Assembly (NCBI GenBank): GCA_964016885.1
Contig: OZ024741.1
Coordinates: forward strand, 338,644,001-338,708,000
Reading direction: 5' to 3'
Source: Eledone cirrhosa
Lineage: Eukaryota
Length of the DNA stretch: 64,000 nt
Below are positions 39,860-53,239 of the stretch, piece by piece. The stretch's first letter is position 1. Each line of letters begins with the position of its first letter. The position numbers and the translations under genes were made by a program. The notes under the pieces were generated by a model. The model searched no databases, was not told the DNA's origin, and saw nothing but the letters and a program-made list of their open reading frames with translations.

Positions 39860-41352
39860 TCTCAAACGAGATGATGCATGTATCATGACAGCTGTATAAA
39901 AGGGTGCAGGGTACTTGAAGCTGATTGAAACTATGGAAAAGGAAGGAAGACCTAGGAAATATTTGGATGAAGTGATAAAAGCTGACTTTGCCCAATTAAA
40001 GGAGATAATACAGGATTGGCATCTCTGACGTAATGTTGTACTGCAGAAGACTTGCCATCCCATGTGCAGAGAATGAAACAAATATGTAGAGCAGACATGT
40101 CAAACTGAGGGTCCTCCAAGGGCCACATGGGTCACATGTGTTGTCTGAGGGCCACACACGACAACTAATTGCGCACATTACAACAACTTTTTTTATTTTA
40201 TATTACAAAGATAAAACGTGCGCTCGGTAAAAACCTTAGTGCGGACTGCAGGTGTGCTTGTAAAGGGCTGCGGGCCGCATGTTTGACATGCCTGATGTAG
40301 AGAACACACTAGTCTGCACAAATTTTTTCCCATTCACCCTTCCAAGTCTTAATACTAGCTATATATCCCACTCAGCTTGTCCATGTCCAGTTTACACTCT
40401 CGTCTCCTGCCTCAACCTTCATCTTTCTCATCCTTTTTGTCCAACTCATGCATACAAGCATGGAAAGCTGGACTCGCACTAAATTTGCTCTCCCATGCTG
40501 CTGCTGCTGCAACAACTAAAAAGCATTAAGTCACCCTGCATGGTGATCTAGTACCACAAGAACAAAATTACCCAGTCCACCCTGCAAGGTGGTTGTGTTG
40601 GTGACGCGACAAAATAGCCCCCAGTCCACCATATATGATTATTGTGCTTGTTTTATAAAAGCACCCAATCCAGCCTATAAAGTGGTTGTGCTGGTGACAC
40701 AAGAGGCTCCCAGTCCACCCTGTAAGGTGGTCATGCTGATGACACAAGAAGCTTGCAGTTCACCCTATATAGTGGTCGTATTGGTGACACAACAAAAAAT
40801 CCCCCGCCCACTCTGTAAGATGGCAGTGCTAGTTCCACAATAACAAAAGCGCCATTTCACCCTATAAAATGGTTGTGCTCGTGCCATAAGAAGCTATCAG
40901 TTCACCCTGTATAGTGGTTGAGATAGTCACAAATAAAAAGATCCAGTCAACACCGTAAATTGGTGGAGTTGGTGCCACAACAAGAAAAGCACCCAGTCTA
41001 CCCTATAAAATAGTCGTGCTGGTGATGCAAGGTTCCCACTCCACCCTGTAAAATGGTTGATGGGTACATGAGGAAAACAAAGCACCCAATCCACCCTGTA
41101 AGGTGGTTATGCTGGTGATACAACAAAAGCACTCAGTTCACACTGTTAAATGGTTCTTTTGGTACCACGATAAAAAGCACCCAGTCCACCCTTTAAAGTG
41201 GTTGGCATTAAGAAGGGCACCCAGTTGTAGAAACCAAGCCAAAATACAGATCTGTATGAGCAAGTCGTGGTCACCTGGCCTGACCTATTTCATGTGACAA
41301 CCCATCTAACCAACGTGTGGAAAGATGGACATTAAATGATGATGATGATGAT
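39860..41352 (+). mobile_element. Old RTE 3' end with tandemly expanded 3'UTR sub-repeat
   Basis: GRPRK.LDEVIKAD-like coding remnant at about 39940-39990; 40530-41200 is tandem ~42-bp AAAAGCACCCAGTCCACCCTGTAAAGTGGTTGTGCTGGTGACAC units; (GAT)n tail at about 41337-41352. Confidence 0.7.
40092..40294. mobile_element. hAT-superfamily MITE
   Basis: TIRs CAGACATGTCAAAC / GTTTGACATGCCTG with a perfect 8-bp TSD ATGTAGAG (40084-40091 and 40295-40302). Confidence 0.9.
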
Positions 41353-41464
41353 GGATGTGAAATCTTATGATTACATTAGATTTTAGTTGATAAACATGTG
41401 AGAAAAAGACTATTACGTCGGTGGCTGATATTATTTTAATCATTTTGGCTAGTATGGGAGATAA

Positions 41465-41505
41465 CCCCAGAGCTATTTCAGCATTGTTAGGCCTCTTCAG
41501 TGGAG
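41465..41505 (-). ncRNA. Minimal type-I hammerhead-like motif
   Basis: Minus strand CTCCA-CTGAAGA-GGC ctaacaat GCT-GAAA tagc TC-TGGGG. Five-bp stem I, intact CUGAAGA/GAAA/UC core, very weak stem III. Confidence 0.5.
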
Positions 41506-41934
41506 CATAGATTTCACTGTTTTTGCTGAATTATTGATGAGAGGATCACTAAGTATTGTGTCAATATATTTGCTACATTCAAATTAATAGTCAAGTCAAA
41601 ATATATATGTTAGCTCTAATCTACAACCATATACTAAACCCATGCCAACAAGAAGGCCTCTATATGGTCACTTGACATGCTAGAAATTACAAATTCCTTT
41701 AAATTACACCATATAGGCATAAGGAAGGATATATTGGGTAATTTAGTTTGCAGAAACACTAAGCCAGGATAAATAAATTATGGACAAGTCATAGCCAGAA
41801 TACCTTGAATCAGAGGTTTGTTCAATCAGTGTCACTCTCTCAACAACCACAACCATATACTAACTAGATGTGTCTAGCTTTGAAATACAGTTTATAACAA
41901 CTTTCAACATTAATAACAAAGTTAAATTGATGAA

Positions 41935-42035
41935 AGAATAAGGAGCTCCCATGAGACTGGGCTGTTGCAGCGGGTGACGCTGGCCATTCTCTGTGGTAAT
42001 ACCTTTGCGTTTCTGTCTACGGGGCATGGTCGATT
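41935..42035 (+). mobile_element. CRE-like retrotransposon C-terminal fragment
   Basis: LLQRVTLAILCGNTFAFLST resembles the QR.S.AI.RGNA motif seen at 62720. Confidence 0.5.
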
Positions 42036-43319
42036 CATCATTCAAACTGGAATATAGAGCCTGTCCTTCCCTTCCCCTCACACGTTTTTTCGTTGCTTGA
42101 TTCTCTTTTTTCTTTCATTTTCTTTTTTTGTTTCATTTAAATATCCTTATTTTTTTAATTATAAATATTTTCAGTTGAAAATTAATGTATATAACAAAAA
42201 ACAAAAAATTGTTATTTTTACCAAAATTATTCTAATTACCGCAAGTTACTAATTTTTCAACTAACCAAAGGCAGTATTCATGTGTTGTAAGTTGATATTT
42301 TGTTCTAAGATGTTGCTAAGGACTTTTAGTCGAAATTTCATGCGAAAAGTCATTCTCTATTTCTCTGCGACCCTCCTTCCTGCTGTTCACTTCCTTCCCT
42401 CCCTCTATTTATCAGATTTTTCCTCTATTAACTCATTCCTTCGCGCTACCAAATTCGTGTTTTCTCTCTTGTTTTAAAATACTTTGTAGTGAAGTACAAA
42501 CTAGAAAAACGGGTGAGACAAAATTAGCACCTGGACGGGGAGGGGATAGATATAAAACTTTATTTATCTCAACAAACTACATATTTCCGACACTTTCACC
42601 ATTAAAATTGCTCAACAAAGAAAAATTAATTTGATAATTTCTGCTTTTACATATATGTTATAAAATATCATGTAGAATAAGGACTGGGTTCCATATCAAA
42701 CAATAGGATATATATATTTCTAGCAAAAACAATGTCTCGTATTTTGAAGAGGAAGAAAAAATCAGGTGCATTGTTTTGAGATTTTTAACTTTTAACTTTT
42801 CAAACTAAACCTCATTAATAATGTATTCCTTCTACTGACTGAGGAACATCAATCTGTCACCGATTAATAATTTATATAAACAAATAAATAGACCTATATA
42901 ATATAACCTTAAGGTAATAGGGGACGAGTATGTGTGGTACGCTGCGAGGAAATTCTTGGTGAAATGGGTCAGCAACCAGGTTTTGATTCCTTTATTTCAG
43001 CTTACCTTATCGTGATAACGTTTGTGAAGAAGACATGAACGACACAAATCCTCATTTCTCTTATTTAATAACACCGATGATTTATATTTTATTAATAATA
43101 TTCAGTAAAAAAACTTAGTTTCAATAAATCATATTTTAATGATAGTCCCCCCATCACACCCACCAAAAAACGTTTTTATTTACTATCACTACTACTATCA
43201 AAGATATATAGAGATGTAATGGGGGGGGGGAATATCCAAACTAGCTTTACTACTATAATTTTATTTCGATAACAATATTGGTTAGTTTTGTTAACTTTAT
43301 GTTTAGATAGGTAAGTGTA

Positions 43320-44050
43320 ATAGTCCGGAAGTGAATTGACTAACATACCTCTAGGTAGATAATGTTAACGAAGAGGTCGATGTTAATTACTAGAGTATTT
43401 AAACACCTACTAAAATTAATTTTGATTTAGTAAGGATGTGTATCGTTGAAAATCCATCCTATAATCTTTTTCTCTGTGAATTATAAAATGGATAAAGGAA
43501 AATTAGATGGCGCTTTCGAATAAAGAAATTAGAGAGAAAGTGAGAGAAAAAACATGGAGACGAGAATGGAAAACGGTAAGGGGAGAAAGAAAGAGAGAGG
43601 AAAATAAATAGATTGAGTGAGGCAGGGGAAAAGACAGATGGGTGAGGTAAGAAAATGAAGAGAGGTGGAGATGATAAGCATGAGTAAGGAACAAAAGCGG
43701 GAAAGATGACGAGAAAATGAGAGGGAAAGGGGGGCATTGAAACTGAAACAAAAGAAAAAGGATGGAAAAGTATTTGTAGAAAAAGGGGACTTTTTCACCG
43801 TTTACACCGGATCGCTTTAAATTTTTATCACCCGCAGACAATGGTAGGGAGGAACTGGCTCTGTAGCAATTTGTTCTGCGACTACTTGGTGACACGATCC
43901 TAGCTGACGCTTGGTTATCCCTCCCCCATCGTTGTTTTTGTCCTAGTCGGGACTGTTTATGGTGTGTAGCGGGCCAAGCAACCGACCGCAGCCAAACTGG
44001 CTCTCTTAGCAACGGCCCCGCCTCTCTGTAGCCGAAATAATAGTGAGTAC
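43320..44050 (+). promoter_or_regulatory. Candidate promoter and non-coding first exon of the 53943 ZNF gene
   Basis: CCGGAAGT (ETS) at about 43325, AGATGGCG (YY1-like) at about 43505, CpG-richer segment at 43790-44040, donor-like GTGAGT at 44043. A matching acceptor TTTCTCTTTCGAAAG ends at 53798. The linkage is inferred. Confidence 0.45.
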
Positions 44051-44190
44051 CTACAAATTAACTTCCTTCGTTCTACACTTTACTTAGCTGCAACATCGTA
44101 GTTGGTTCCTGTATGCATATTTCCACAAAAAAAAGAAACGAAAAGGAATACAGTTTAAGAATATTACCTCTATGTATGTATGTGCTTGAG

Positions 44191-44245
<55 letters not shown>

Positions 44246-44690
44246 TTTGATTGCGGGATGATAATGGAATTTGAATTTAGTTAGTAATTTTTTTATTGTT
44301 TTTGTTTTATTCTTGTTTTTTAATCAAAGACACCCATGAAAGATATTTACACCTTGACAAATAAAACGCCAGCCTTTACAGCCCTTCCTTTCCTTTGAAA
44401 TTTCTTTTGTTGGTTTTTCTACTCTTTATTTGTATTTATTTATTTCTATTACTTTGTTCTTAAAGAAATACAGTGCGTCTGAGAAATGTCGGCAGCAAGA
44501 TTCCGAAACAAGTCTTTGTGAGTGAGAGATAGTTAAAAACAAATAAAATCAAACAAAAAATTATGTAGATATCGATATAAATATATATATATACACACAC
44601 ACACCGATATCTTCTACATTATATATATACATATATATTCATTTTATTAAGTGAGTCTTGTTTCTCTGGAGTTTCGTTTGTGTATGTATG

Positions 44691-44721
<31 letters not shown>

Positions 44722-47565
44722 CTTCTACATAATATATATATATATACCGATGTCTTTTACATAATATATATATATATATATACACACATGTGTGTGTGCG
44801 TCTGATCATATAGATTTTTAGTATTTATTGTGTTCTCTTCTACTTGTGTTCATCGTTGACCCATATCTTCAGATTTTTCGGAGATTAGAGAGTCTGTTTA
44901 AGGGGAGAAGAAATATATAAAGAAACAAACCAACGGAAAGCTTACTTATAATAATAGGTGTTTTCACTAAAAGTACAAAAGTGTGTATGTATATCTGGTA
45001 TTTTAGAAAAAAAGTTACGCATGAACGTTTATATATAAATTATATATATGCACGCGGGAATATTTTAAAAATAATATTGTGCATTATATATATTAATATG
45101 TATATTATATAATATACATATATGTATGTATTTGGTATTTATAAATAAATTATCTATCAGTTTTATTTGCACGCGGGAATCTTTTAACAATATTGTTTGT
45201 GTGTAGTATATATAATTTTATGTGAATATATTTTTCTAAATCAAATCTCTACGTGCGCGCGCGCGCATATACATATATATTTACAACATAGTTATATATA
45301 GAGACATGTATGTATGTATATATATATACACATATAGGACAATACAGAAACCAGAAACAATTGTATAACTATAAAACATACATGTTTAGGTATTTTATAG
45401 TTATACATGTGTTTCTGTATTTTAAATATATATCAATATATCTGGCATTTATATACTAACATTTGTAAACATTACACAATCAAATGTACACGCGAAGATG
45501 GATAAATTTGTAACGAGATATGAAGATTCGTGTGATTGTATAGATCTGCGCACAACAATTATTTTGTTAGTCGTCGAATTGGCAGATATTAAGACAGAAT
45601 ACCTTGCGGTATTTATTGAGGTTGTCTGTGCTCCCGAGTACAAAACTTACCGAGGTTCTGCTGGACGATAGGTTTATATTTTGTCTCCTGTAGCTATATC
45701 TGAGGTAGACACTTAATTTGCAGTAGTCCATTGTAAAAGGTTATCACAAAATAGTATATATAGTTTATATCTACACGCGGTGGTAGTGTATTGTTAACTA
45801 GCGCGTGTTTCTTCTGTTCAACCCAATTTTACTTGCCCTTGATACGCTATAGTAAAGAAGTTCTGTGTGGTGTCTCATGGCATGGCATAAACCATGCTAT
45901 CTTTTTACACATGTCACTATATAGGGATATACAGTATCACACACACATACATCATTTAACGTCCGCTTTCTTTGCTAGCAAGTGTTGGACAGGTCGGCAC
46001 ACACCCGGTTAGAGCTGCTGACCTCTCAGATGGACAGAGGGTCTTTATCTCCTTTATATAGCTTCCCGCACTCTACCAAGTGCACAGAATGCATTTCATT
46101 GTGGCTCCGGCACTATGGAGATTGTCATATTTTTGATACATCTGGAACGTTCTCTCAACCCTTTGTACGGCTGGATGCCCTTCCTGTCATGTACTTGACA
46201 TAACTGCAGTGTCCTCCCAACTCTTTGTTTGGCTTACGGCTGGATGCCCAGCTTATGACCAACCACTTTACAGAGTGTACTGGGTGCATTTATCGTCTCG
46301 ATCACCAACACGAGAGAGGCTGTTGTACTCTTGACATAACTGAAGAGTCCTCTTGCTCTTTTTAAGCATGGTTTCTTCAGTTGGGTGTTCTCCATAATAC
46401 AAACCACTTTTCATAGTATACTGGGTGTGTTTTATTGTGGCACCAACACTAGGGAGGTTGTTGGTCATAGACTTGACTGAACGACCCTCTGTACCTTATG
46501 GGAGGGGGATTGTAGGTTGGGAATAGGATGTTGAAAGTAAGAAGGATGATAGTTATATCATAGGGAGTGGCATGGGGGGGGGGGGAGAAGGGATGGGAGG
46601 CGTAAGACAGGTATTGTAGAGGTAGGAGAGGGGTGTAGCTGATCCTGGGTATGTAGGGTGCGTTACAGTGATTATGAGAATAGTTTCTTAAATGTTCCAT
46701 TTTGGTATGGTTTCTATGACTGGATGCCCTTCCTAATGTCAACCCCCTTACAGTGTGTACTAAGTGCATTTTATCACGACAGCAGCATGACCACTTTACA
46801 GAGTGGATGGATTGAGTGCATTTTATCATGGTACCAACATGACCACATTACAGTGGACTGGGTGCGTGTTATAGTACCAACATGACCACTTTACAGAGTG
46901 AACTGAATGCATTTTATCATGGTCCCAACATGACCACCTTATAGCCAGGTCTGAGATAATACCCCCCACCAGTTGGAGAGCTCCTGCTCTTCCTTTTGCA
47001 AATAAATCATGCAAAAAGATGGCAAAGAGCAGGCATCAGACTATCATGTCAGTTTATTCAAGTGTTTGGTAGCTGAAGGAATCAGAAATCTTGAAGATGA
47101 CTACAGCTACTTCTCTTCATTTTAGGCACTTTATAAGAAATATTGACTGAGCAAGTTTGAACTTTGCTATCCAGCTTATCCTTCATACTAAAGCATTGCT
47201 GATCCACTCAATGACTGCAGTGATGAGAGAAGTTAGAAGCACTGTTCTTATGACTATGACAAACACGTCCTTTAACTCTTAACACCTTGTAATGATGTAG
47301 CAGAAAATATCTTGAAAAAAAAGACACGTTTGTAATTCAAATATTTGTTTATTCATGTATCTTTACTGGTGTATAGATTATTGTGAAAATTTGCAGCAAA
47401 CTAAAATAAAATATAACTGCCAGTAGTTGTGACTGGTTGATAGTATCAGCAATGGAAAGACCAATGGAAACGTTTCCTTGGTTCAATTTGACAAGTTGCA
47501 TCCCACTCAGTAAGTGAATGAGGTCTGGGATCTTGCTGATTGATATATATATATATATTGTTATA

Positions 47566-48441
47566 CTTTAGACCGAATTAGCAGCGGAGGTGGGTGTTCA
47601 GAAAGTACAATAACTAGGGTAAGAACGGGATGGAAGAAGTTCAGGGAACTACTGCCACTGCTAGCTGCAAAAGGCTTCTCCCTCAAAATGAAAGGCAGAC
47701 TGTATGATGCGTGTATCCGAACAGCAATGTTACATGGTAGTGAGACCTGGGCGCTGAAGGTGGAAGACTTACGTAGATTAGAGAGAAACGAAGCCTGCAT
47801 GCTCCGATAGATGTGTAATAGTAATATACGCGAACGGCAAAGCATAAATGAATTGAGAGAGAGACTGAGCATAAGAGGAATCAAATGCTGTGTGCAGGAG
47901 AGGTGGTTGCGTTGGTATGGACATGTGATGCGTATGAAGGATGACAGCTGCATAAAAAGGTGCAGAGCACTAGAAGTCAATGCAAACCGCGGAGTGGGGA
48001 GACCCAAGAAGACCTGGGATGAGGTGATAAAAGCCGACCTTACCCAATTACACCTCTCAAAGGCGATGACACACGACCGCGACCCCTGGCGTCACGCAGT
48101 AATACAGAGTACGACCTCCCACGGGTATAAGCTGAAGCATATAGACAATATGCCCCCACACCCTCCCACTGCAAGGTGGTCGTGGAGGTGCCACAGCAAA
48201 AAAGCACCCAGCCCACACTGTAAAGTGGACGTGTAGGCGCCACGGAAAAAGCACCCAGCACTCACTGTAAATGAGGTTGGTGTTAGGAAGGGCATCCAGC
48301 TGTAGAAATCAAGCCAGAATCAGTTCCTGTATGAGCAAGGCATGGTCAGCCCACCAGACACTGCCCACAACAGGACAACCCGTCTAACCCATGCTAGCAT
48401 GGAAGAACGGACGTAACACGGTGATGATGATGATATGATGA
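47566..48441 (+). mobile_element. RTE LINE (family B-related), 5'-truncated
   Basis: GGGCSE...GWKKFRELLPLL...LYDACIRTAMLHGSETW...LRWYGHVMRM...GRPKKTW, with an in-frame TAG at 47808; (GAT)n tail. Confidence 0.9.
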
Positions 48442-48703
48442 TACTTTGAGAAGGTCTTGCTGCCACGGACCTGTTGGGTTTTACTTCAATTTATTATAAT
48501 TTCTCAGTCAGTTTAATAAGTGGATGGTTTTTTACTTGTTAATTGTTATCCAGGCTCTTTCGTCAAGCATTCTGTGACCTTCTCAGTAACTACTTTTGTT
48601 GTTATTTTGTGTCTCTCCTTTGTTCTGCCCTACACCATCTTGTTTTTGTATAAAAATAACTGTTTCAGATAAAAAAATCTTGCGAAACAAATACAAAAGC
48701 GAA

Positions 48704-48743
<40 letters not shown>

Positions 48744-48858
48744 TTTTCGTTTGTATTTTTATTTTTAAAAGTTTTCCCTTGTAATTTTTTTTTCATTTTG
48801 CCTCATTTATGTTCGTTGTCTTGTCTTCTCTTTGTTAATTTTCATAGGTTTATAACAA

Positions 48859-48934
48859 ATATTTCATCTGATGAGCGTACTGGACGTTTCTGTTAGGATT
48901 GTCTAGTTTCCTGAAACCTTTGGTAATGGAATAT
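48859..48934 (+). ncRNA. Type-I hammerhead ribozyme motif
   Basis: ATATTTCAT-CTGATGA-G..ACTGGAC...GTCTAGT..T-GAAAC CTTTG GTA-ATGGAATAT. Nine-bp stem I, intact core, GUA triplet at 48923-48925. Confidence 0.72.
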
Positions 48935-50589
48935 TGTGTTGTTTATTATGTAATTAAATATATATATATATATATATAAAATAAAAACTTTAATTTTTAA
49001 TGTGATCTAGTCATAGAGTTGTTTTGTACTTTTCAAGATTGTATTACTAATGTGGTTTCATGTGATAGAGGATGTTAAGAGTTAATTGTCATGTTTATGA
49101 ACAGCACAGTCATGTCTGTGTAGTTAAGAAATTTACTTTGCAACAACATGGTTTTAGGTTTGATCTCACTGTGCAGCACATTAGGCACTTACTTTATACC
49201 AAAAGCCTTGTCAGTGAAATAAGGTTGATGAAAACTGGAAGCTTGTAGAAAGGACAATTCATATTGTTGAGTGGTAAACATAATCCATCAATTGGTTTAA
49301 TTCCACCAGCTGGCCCTTGGGTGTCTATAACAGAGTCTACTTTGTTGTAAACATCCAGTCTAAGGATACTTTACTCCCACTAGTCTAGAAGGCCCTTAAA
49401 ATAATCATGGGTACTGCCTTTCTTTTGACTAAGCCATTTAACCTTTTTGTTATCATATTTATAATGAAACATTGTATTTTACTTAGTTCATAAAGAATTT
49501 TGAGGGACTTTTTTATTTTAATCAAACATTTTTACTTTAAATAGAAACCCTTTTAAATGGGTGGTTTTGTTTCATAGAACCAAAGGGAATTTTGAGTGGG
49601 TTGCAATTAAAAGGGTTAGAAATATGTACTGTACAGTCGTTTGGTTTTGGACATATTAACCAAAAAGCCCTATTTATTCATATCCAGCTTTCCTTGTGTG
49701 GAATCTGTGGACTGGCTTATTGCTGGTTTCAGTAATTATTATAAGGTCATCAGAATAATGCAGCCTCCTCATTACATCTGTATCTAAAAATCTGATAGTG
49801 TTTTTCTGACAATAGGAAAGTGCAACTAACTTAGTGTTGATGCTCACATTAAACCTCAATGACAACACATTTATACACATTACTCAAAGTTCTTATCATT
49901 CAGTCTCTTCCTAACCCATCAATTTACGCCTGTGGGAACCCATTCAAACATCTTTGTCAAGGTTAATCGAAGGCCAAGAACAACTGTTTCTCATACAGTT
50001 ACTACAGAATTAAGGTTGTCACTGTCATGATGGTCTTCACTCGTCACAATTTCCAGTACCAAACCCTGTCAAACTTCAGTTTCTGACCTCACATTATCAA
50101 CTTACAGTTGTTACTATACAGATAGAGTATCATCCTGTCTCTTAAAACAGTTAGTAATGTAAGATAGGTTAGTTATAGTGACAAGGAACATATATTTTAA
50201 TTCTTAACAGCCCTGTACCACATGAAACTGCATCAGTAAAACATTCTTGAAAATTACAAAACAGCACCTATGACTACATCACATGAATTATCTAAATCTA
50301 TACTTTAGTTTACTGTTGAATTTTCACAATAATCTGTCTGCTGGTAAACATACTGCAAAGATTTGAGTTAACAAACCCACTTTTAGATGTTTTCTGCTGA
50401 ATCATTACAGGATATTACAAAATACAACATTGTTGGTTCAGTACAAATGTAAGGTTTTGTATGTTCAATAGTTTAGTAGCAGGATGGATTTTACATTTTT
50501 TTGTTTGTTTTTATGAGTAGAGGTTTGGCTTCCACACAAATATATAGTGTAACATATACAGTATAACCTTACATAATATACAGTATGAA

Positions 50590-50902
50590 GACCCCCCTTC
50601 AGTTATGAATGGCCATGAGATTTGTACCTAGAAAGTTCCCCTCTGATGAGCAAGGTTGTTTGTGGAAGACCAGCAGTCGCCCAAGCAGACCGGTCTCTCC
50701 TCTCCATGCCATCGATGTTGTCCAAGGGAAAGACAATGGCTGATACAGCTTGGAACCAGTGATGTAACAACTCATTTCTACAGCTGAGTAAACTGGAGCA
50801 ACTTGAAATAAAGTGTCTTGTTTATGGACACAACACATCACCTGGTCCAAGAATCCAAACTCACAAGCCCAGTGCTCTAACCATTAAGCCATGCACCTTC
50901 AC
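50590..50902 (-). mobile_element. SINE family B inserted in a 22-bp ACAGTATAACATTACATAATAT array
   Basis: Family-B head and central block in reverse complement, flanked by repeated CAGTATAACCTTACATAATATACA. Confidence 0.7.
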
Positions 50903-51788
50903 AGTATAACCTTACATAATATACAATGTAACATTATGAAATATACAGTGTAACATTACATAATAGACAGCACAACACAGTATGCATTACACAGAGGTCA
51001 GCATAACTCACTATACATTATATAACATACATAACATAGTATTACATTATACAACATAGTGTTATGTACTATACAGTATAACATTACATAATATACAGTA
51101 TACACCCAGTCCAATAATCAAACTCACAACCCCATGATTGCAAGCCCAATGCTCTAACCACTAACCCATGTACCTTTACAGTATAACATTGCATAATTTA
51201 TGATGTAACATTGCAAAACACGCAGCGTAACATTACATCATATACAGCAATATATGTAACAATACAATATACAATGCAACATTACATAATATACAGTGTC
51301 AAACGAACAAAATCTCCAATCCAATTCTATCATTTTGAATGGCTCAGGTACAAAGACAAGCTGAAGAGTAATCTTTCAGCAACCAATATATATACCTTAT
51401 GAGACATTGAGTTAAGTGGCCTTGGAAAAGAAGTACTGGAGATCTATGTGTTGTAATGGGATCAGGAACTTCAAGTCCGGTTGTATAGGCTACAAGAAAC
51501 AAGAACGAGGAGAAAAGAATTATCAAACATACCAGCAACATCCAGTAACCCTCCTAATCCTTGTATGATCTGTGGATTTGCTTGCAGGTCTATAATTTCA
51601 TGCCCGATATAAACATCCAAACTGAATGAACTGAATAGGTTGTTCAAATCCTCAGACGTCAAATTCGACAGGATTGTCCATCATATATATATAAAGAGAG
51701 AGGGGGTGGGGTATAATTAGTGACACTAAGAAGGTCATAGATTCAAACAAGAACAACTGGTAAATTGTATGAAATATAAATATTGTGA

Positions 51789-52200
51789 AAGTGTGTGACC
51801 TAGTGGTTAGAGTGTTAGATCCATGACATAAGGTCACAGGCCTGATTCCTCAATTAGGTGGTGTATTGTTTTCTTGAGCAAGACACTTCATTTCATATTG
51901 CTTTTCATGGTAGAACTGGGCTCCCTGTCATTAAGCTCTCAAGAAACTTCCTACGAGATACAACCTTGTTGGAGGCCTGTTAAACCTGCATAGGTGTGAA
52001 CTGTAACAATGTACATATGAAGACTGGTCTCAATCATTAAAACAATATGAAGATTAGGGCTCTAATAGGTGTGAGCTGTAACAATATACAAATGTGAGTG
52101 AGAAGACTGTGGTCCCAAGAAACCTCCTATGAGATACAACCTTGTAGGAAGCCAGCTAAACCTACATGTGTGTGAGCTGTAAATTTCATTTTTCATTTCA
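51789..52200 (+). mobile_element. Composite SINE (family-B head + about three hairpin modules + TTTCA tail)
   Basis: GACCTAGTGGTTAGAG head, CTTGAGCAAGACACTT, modules at 51907-52180, tail GCTGTAAATTTCATTTTTCATTTCA. Confidence 0.65.
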
Positions 52201-52414
52201 ATGAATAGTCCCATTTCACAATAGTCCCACTGTTGTTGGGACTATTGTGAAATGAAATGTCTTGCTCAAGAAAACATTATTCCACCAGATCCAGGAATCA
52301 AGATAGGAGCAATGAAATTAATCATTCTTGAGACTTTGATAAATCTTAAACATTTTGTGTATGACAATGTTTTTCTTAATTTTTAACTTATTTGGGAAGA
52401 TCACAATTGACATT

Positions 52415-52580
52415 CATGAAACACAGGGTTCTGATAGGGACATAGTGTGAAAACACGGTTCTGTTGTGGTCATTAGTTGGAAGCAGGTTTCTGTTGAGGT
52501 CATACTGTGGAAACGGTTCTGTTGGGGTGATAGTATGAAAACAGAGTTCTGTTGCGGTCATAGTGAGGAAACATGTCTTT
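52415..52580. repeat. About 31-bp minisatellite GAAAC..GGTTCTGTTG.GGTCATAGTGTG
   Basis: Five tandem degenerate copies. Confidence 0.7.
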
Positions 52581-52677
52581 AGTTAAATCAAAATTAAGTT
52601 ATTCTAAGTAGTGTCCAGAAGGTTGTTGTGGAATAAAAAAATTTGTTTGTGTATATGTGTATGTGTATATATATATA

Positions 52678-52950
52678 TCATCATCATCATCATTTAATGC
52701 CTATCTTCCACTCTAGCATGGGTTAAAAGGGTTTGTCCCATTTGAGGCAAGTTTGGTTGGGTGATGCCCTTCCTAATGCCAACCACATTTACAGTGTGTG
52801 CTGGGTGCTTTTTGTCGTGTCTCCTACACGAGCACTTTACAGTGTGGACCGGGTGCTTTTTGTCTTGACACCTACATGACCACTTTACAGTGTGGGCTGG
52901 ATGTTTTGTGGTACCAACATAACTTTACAGAGTAAGGATGATGTGGGTGG
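52678..52950 (-). mobile_element. RTE 3'UTR fragment
   Basis: (ATC)n tail, GATGCCCTTCCTAATGCCAACC and TTTACAGTGTG sub-repeats. Confidence 0.7.
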
Positions 52951-52960
52951 AAGTTGGCGG

Positions 52961-53010
<50 letters not shown>

Positions 53011-53192
53011 TCCTTACACCCCCACATCATGCTATATACATATATATAGTGGCATAACACTGGTGGGTTATAGCTGCAGTAGTAGAGCACTCAGTACATG
53101 GGACGAGTTTGTTTGAAGTAATTCCACAACAGTTACTACACCATTGTTCTCGGAAATGGTGTACTATTATATATATATTTATATGTAGCTGC

Positions 53193-53239
<47 letters not shown>

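Noticed and set aside
43459-44012. Minus-strand F/S/L-rich ORFs of 89-169 aa
   Set aside because: They arise from a purine-rich low-complexity tract; no recognisable domain.
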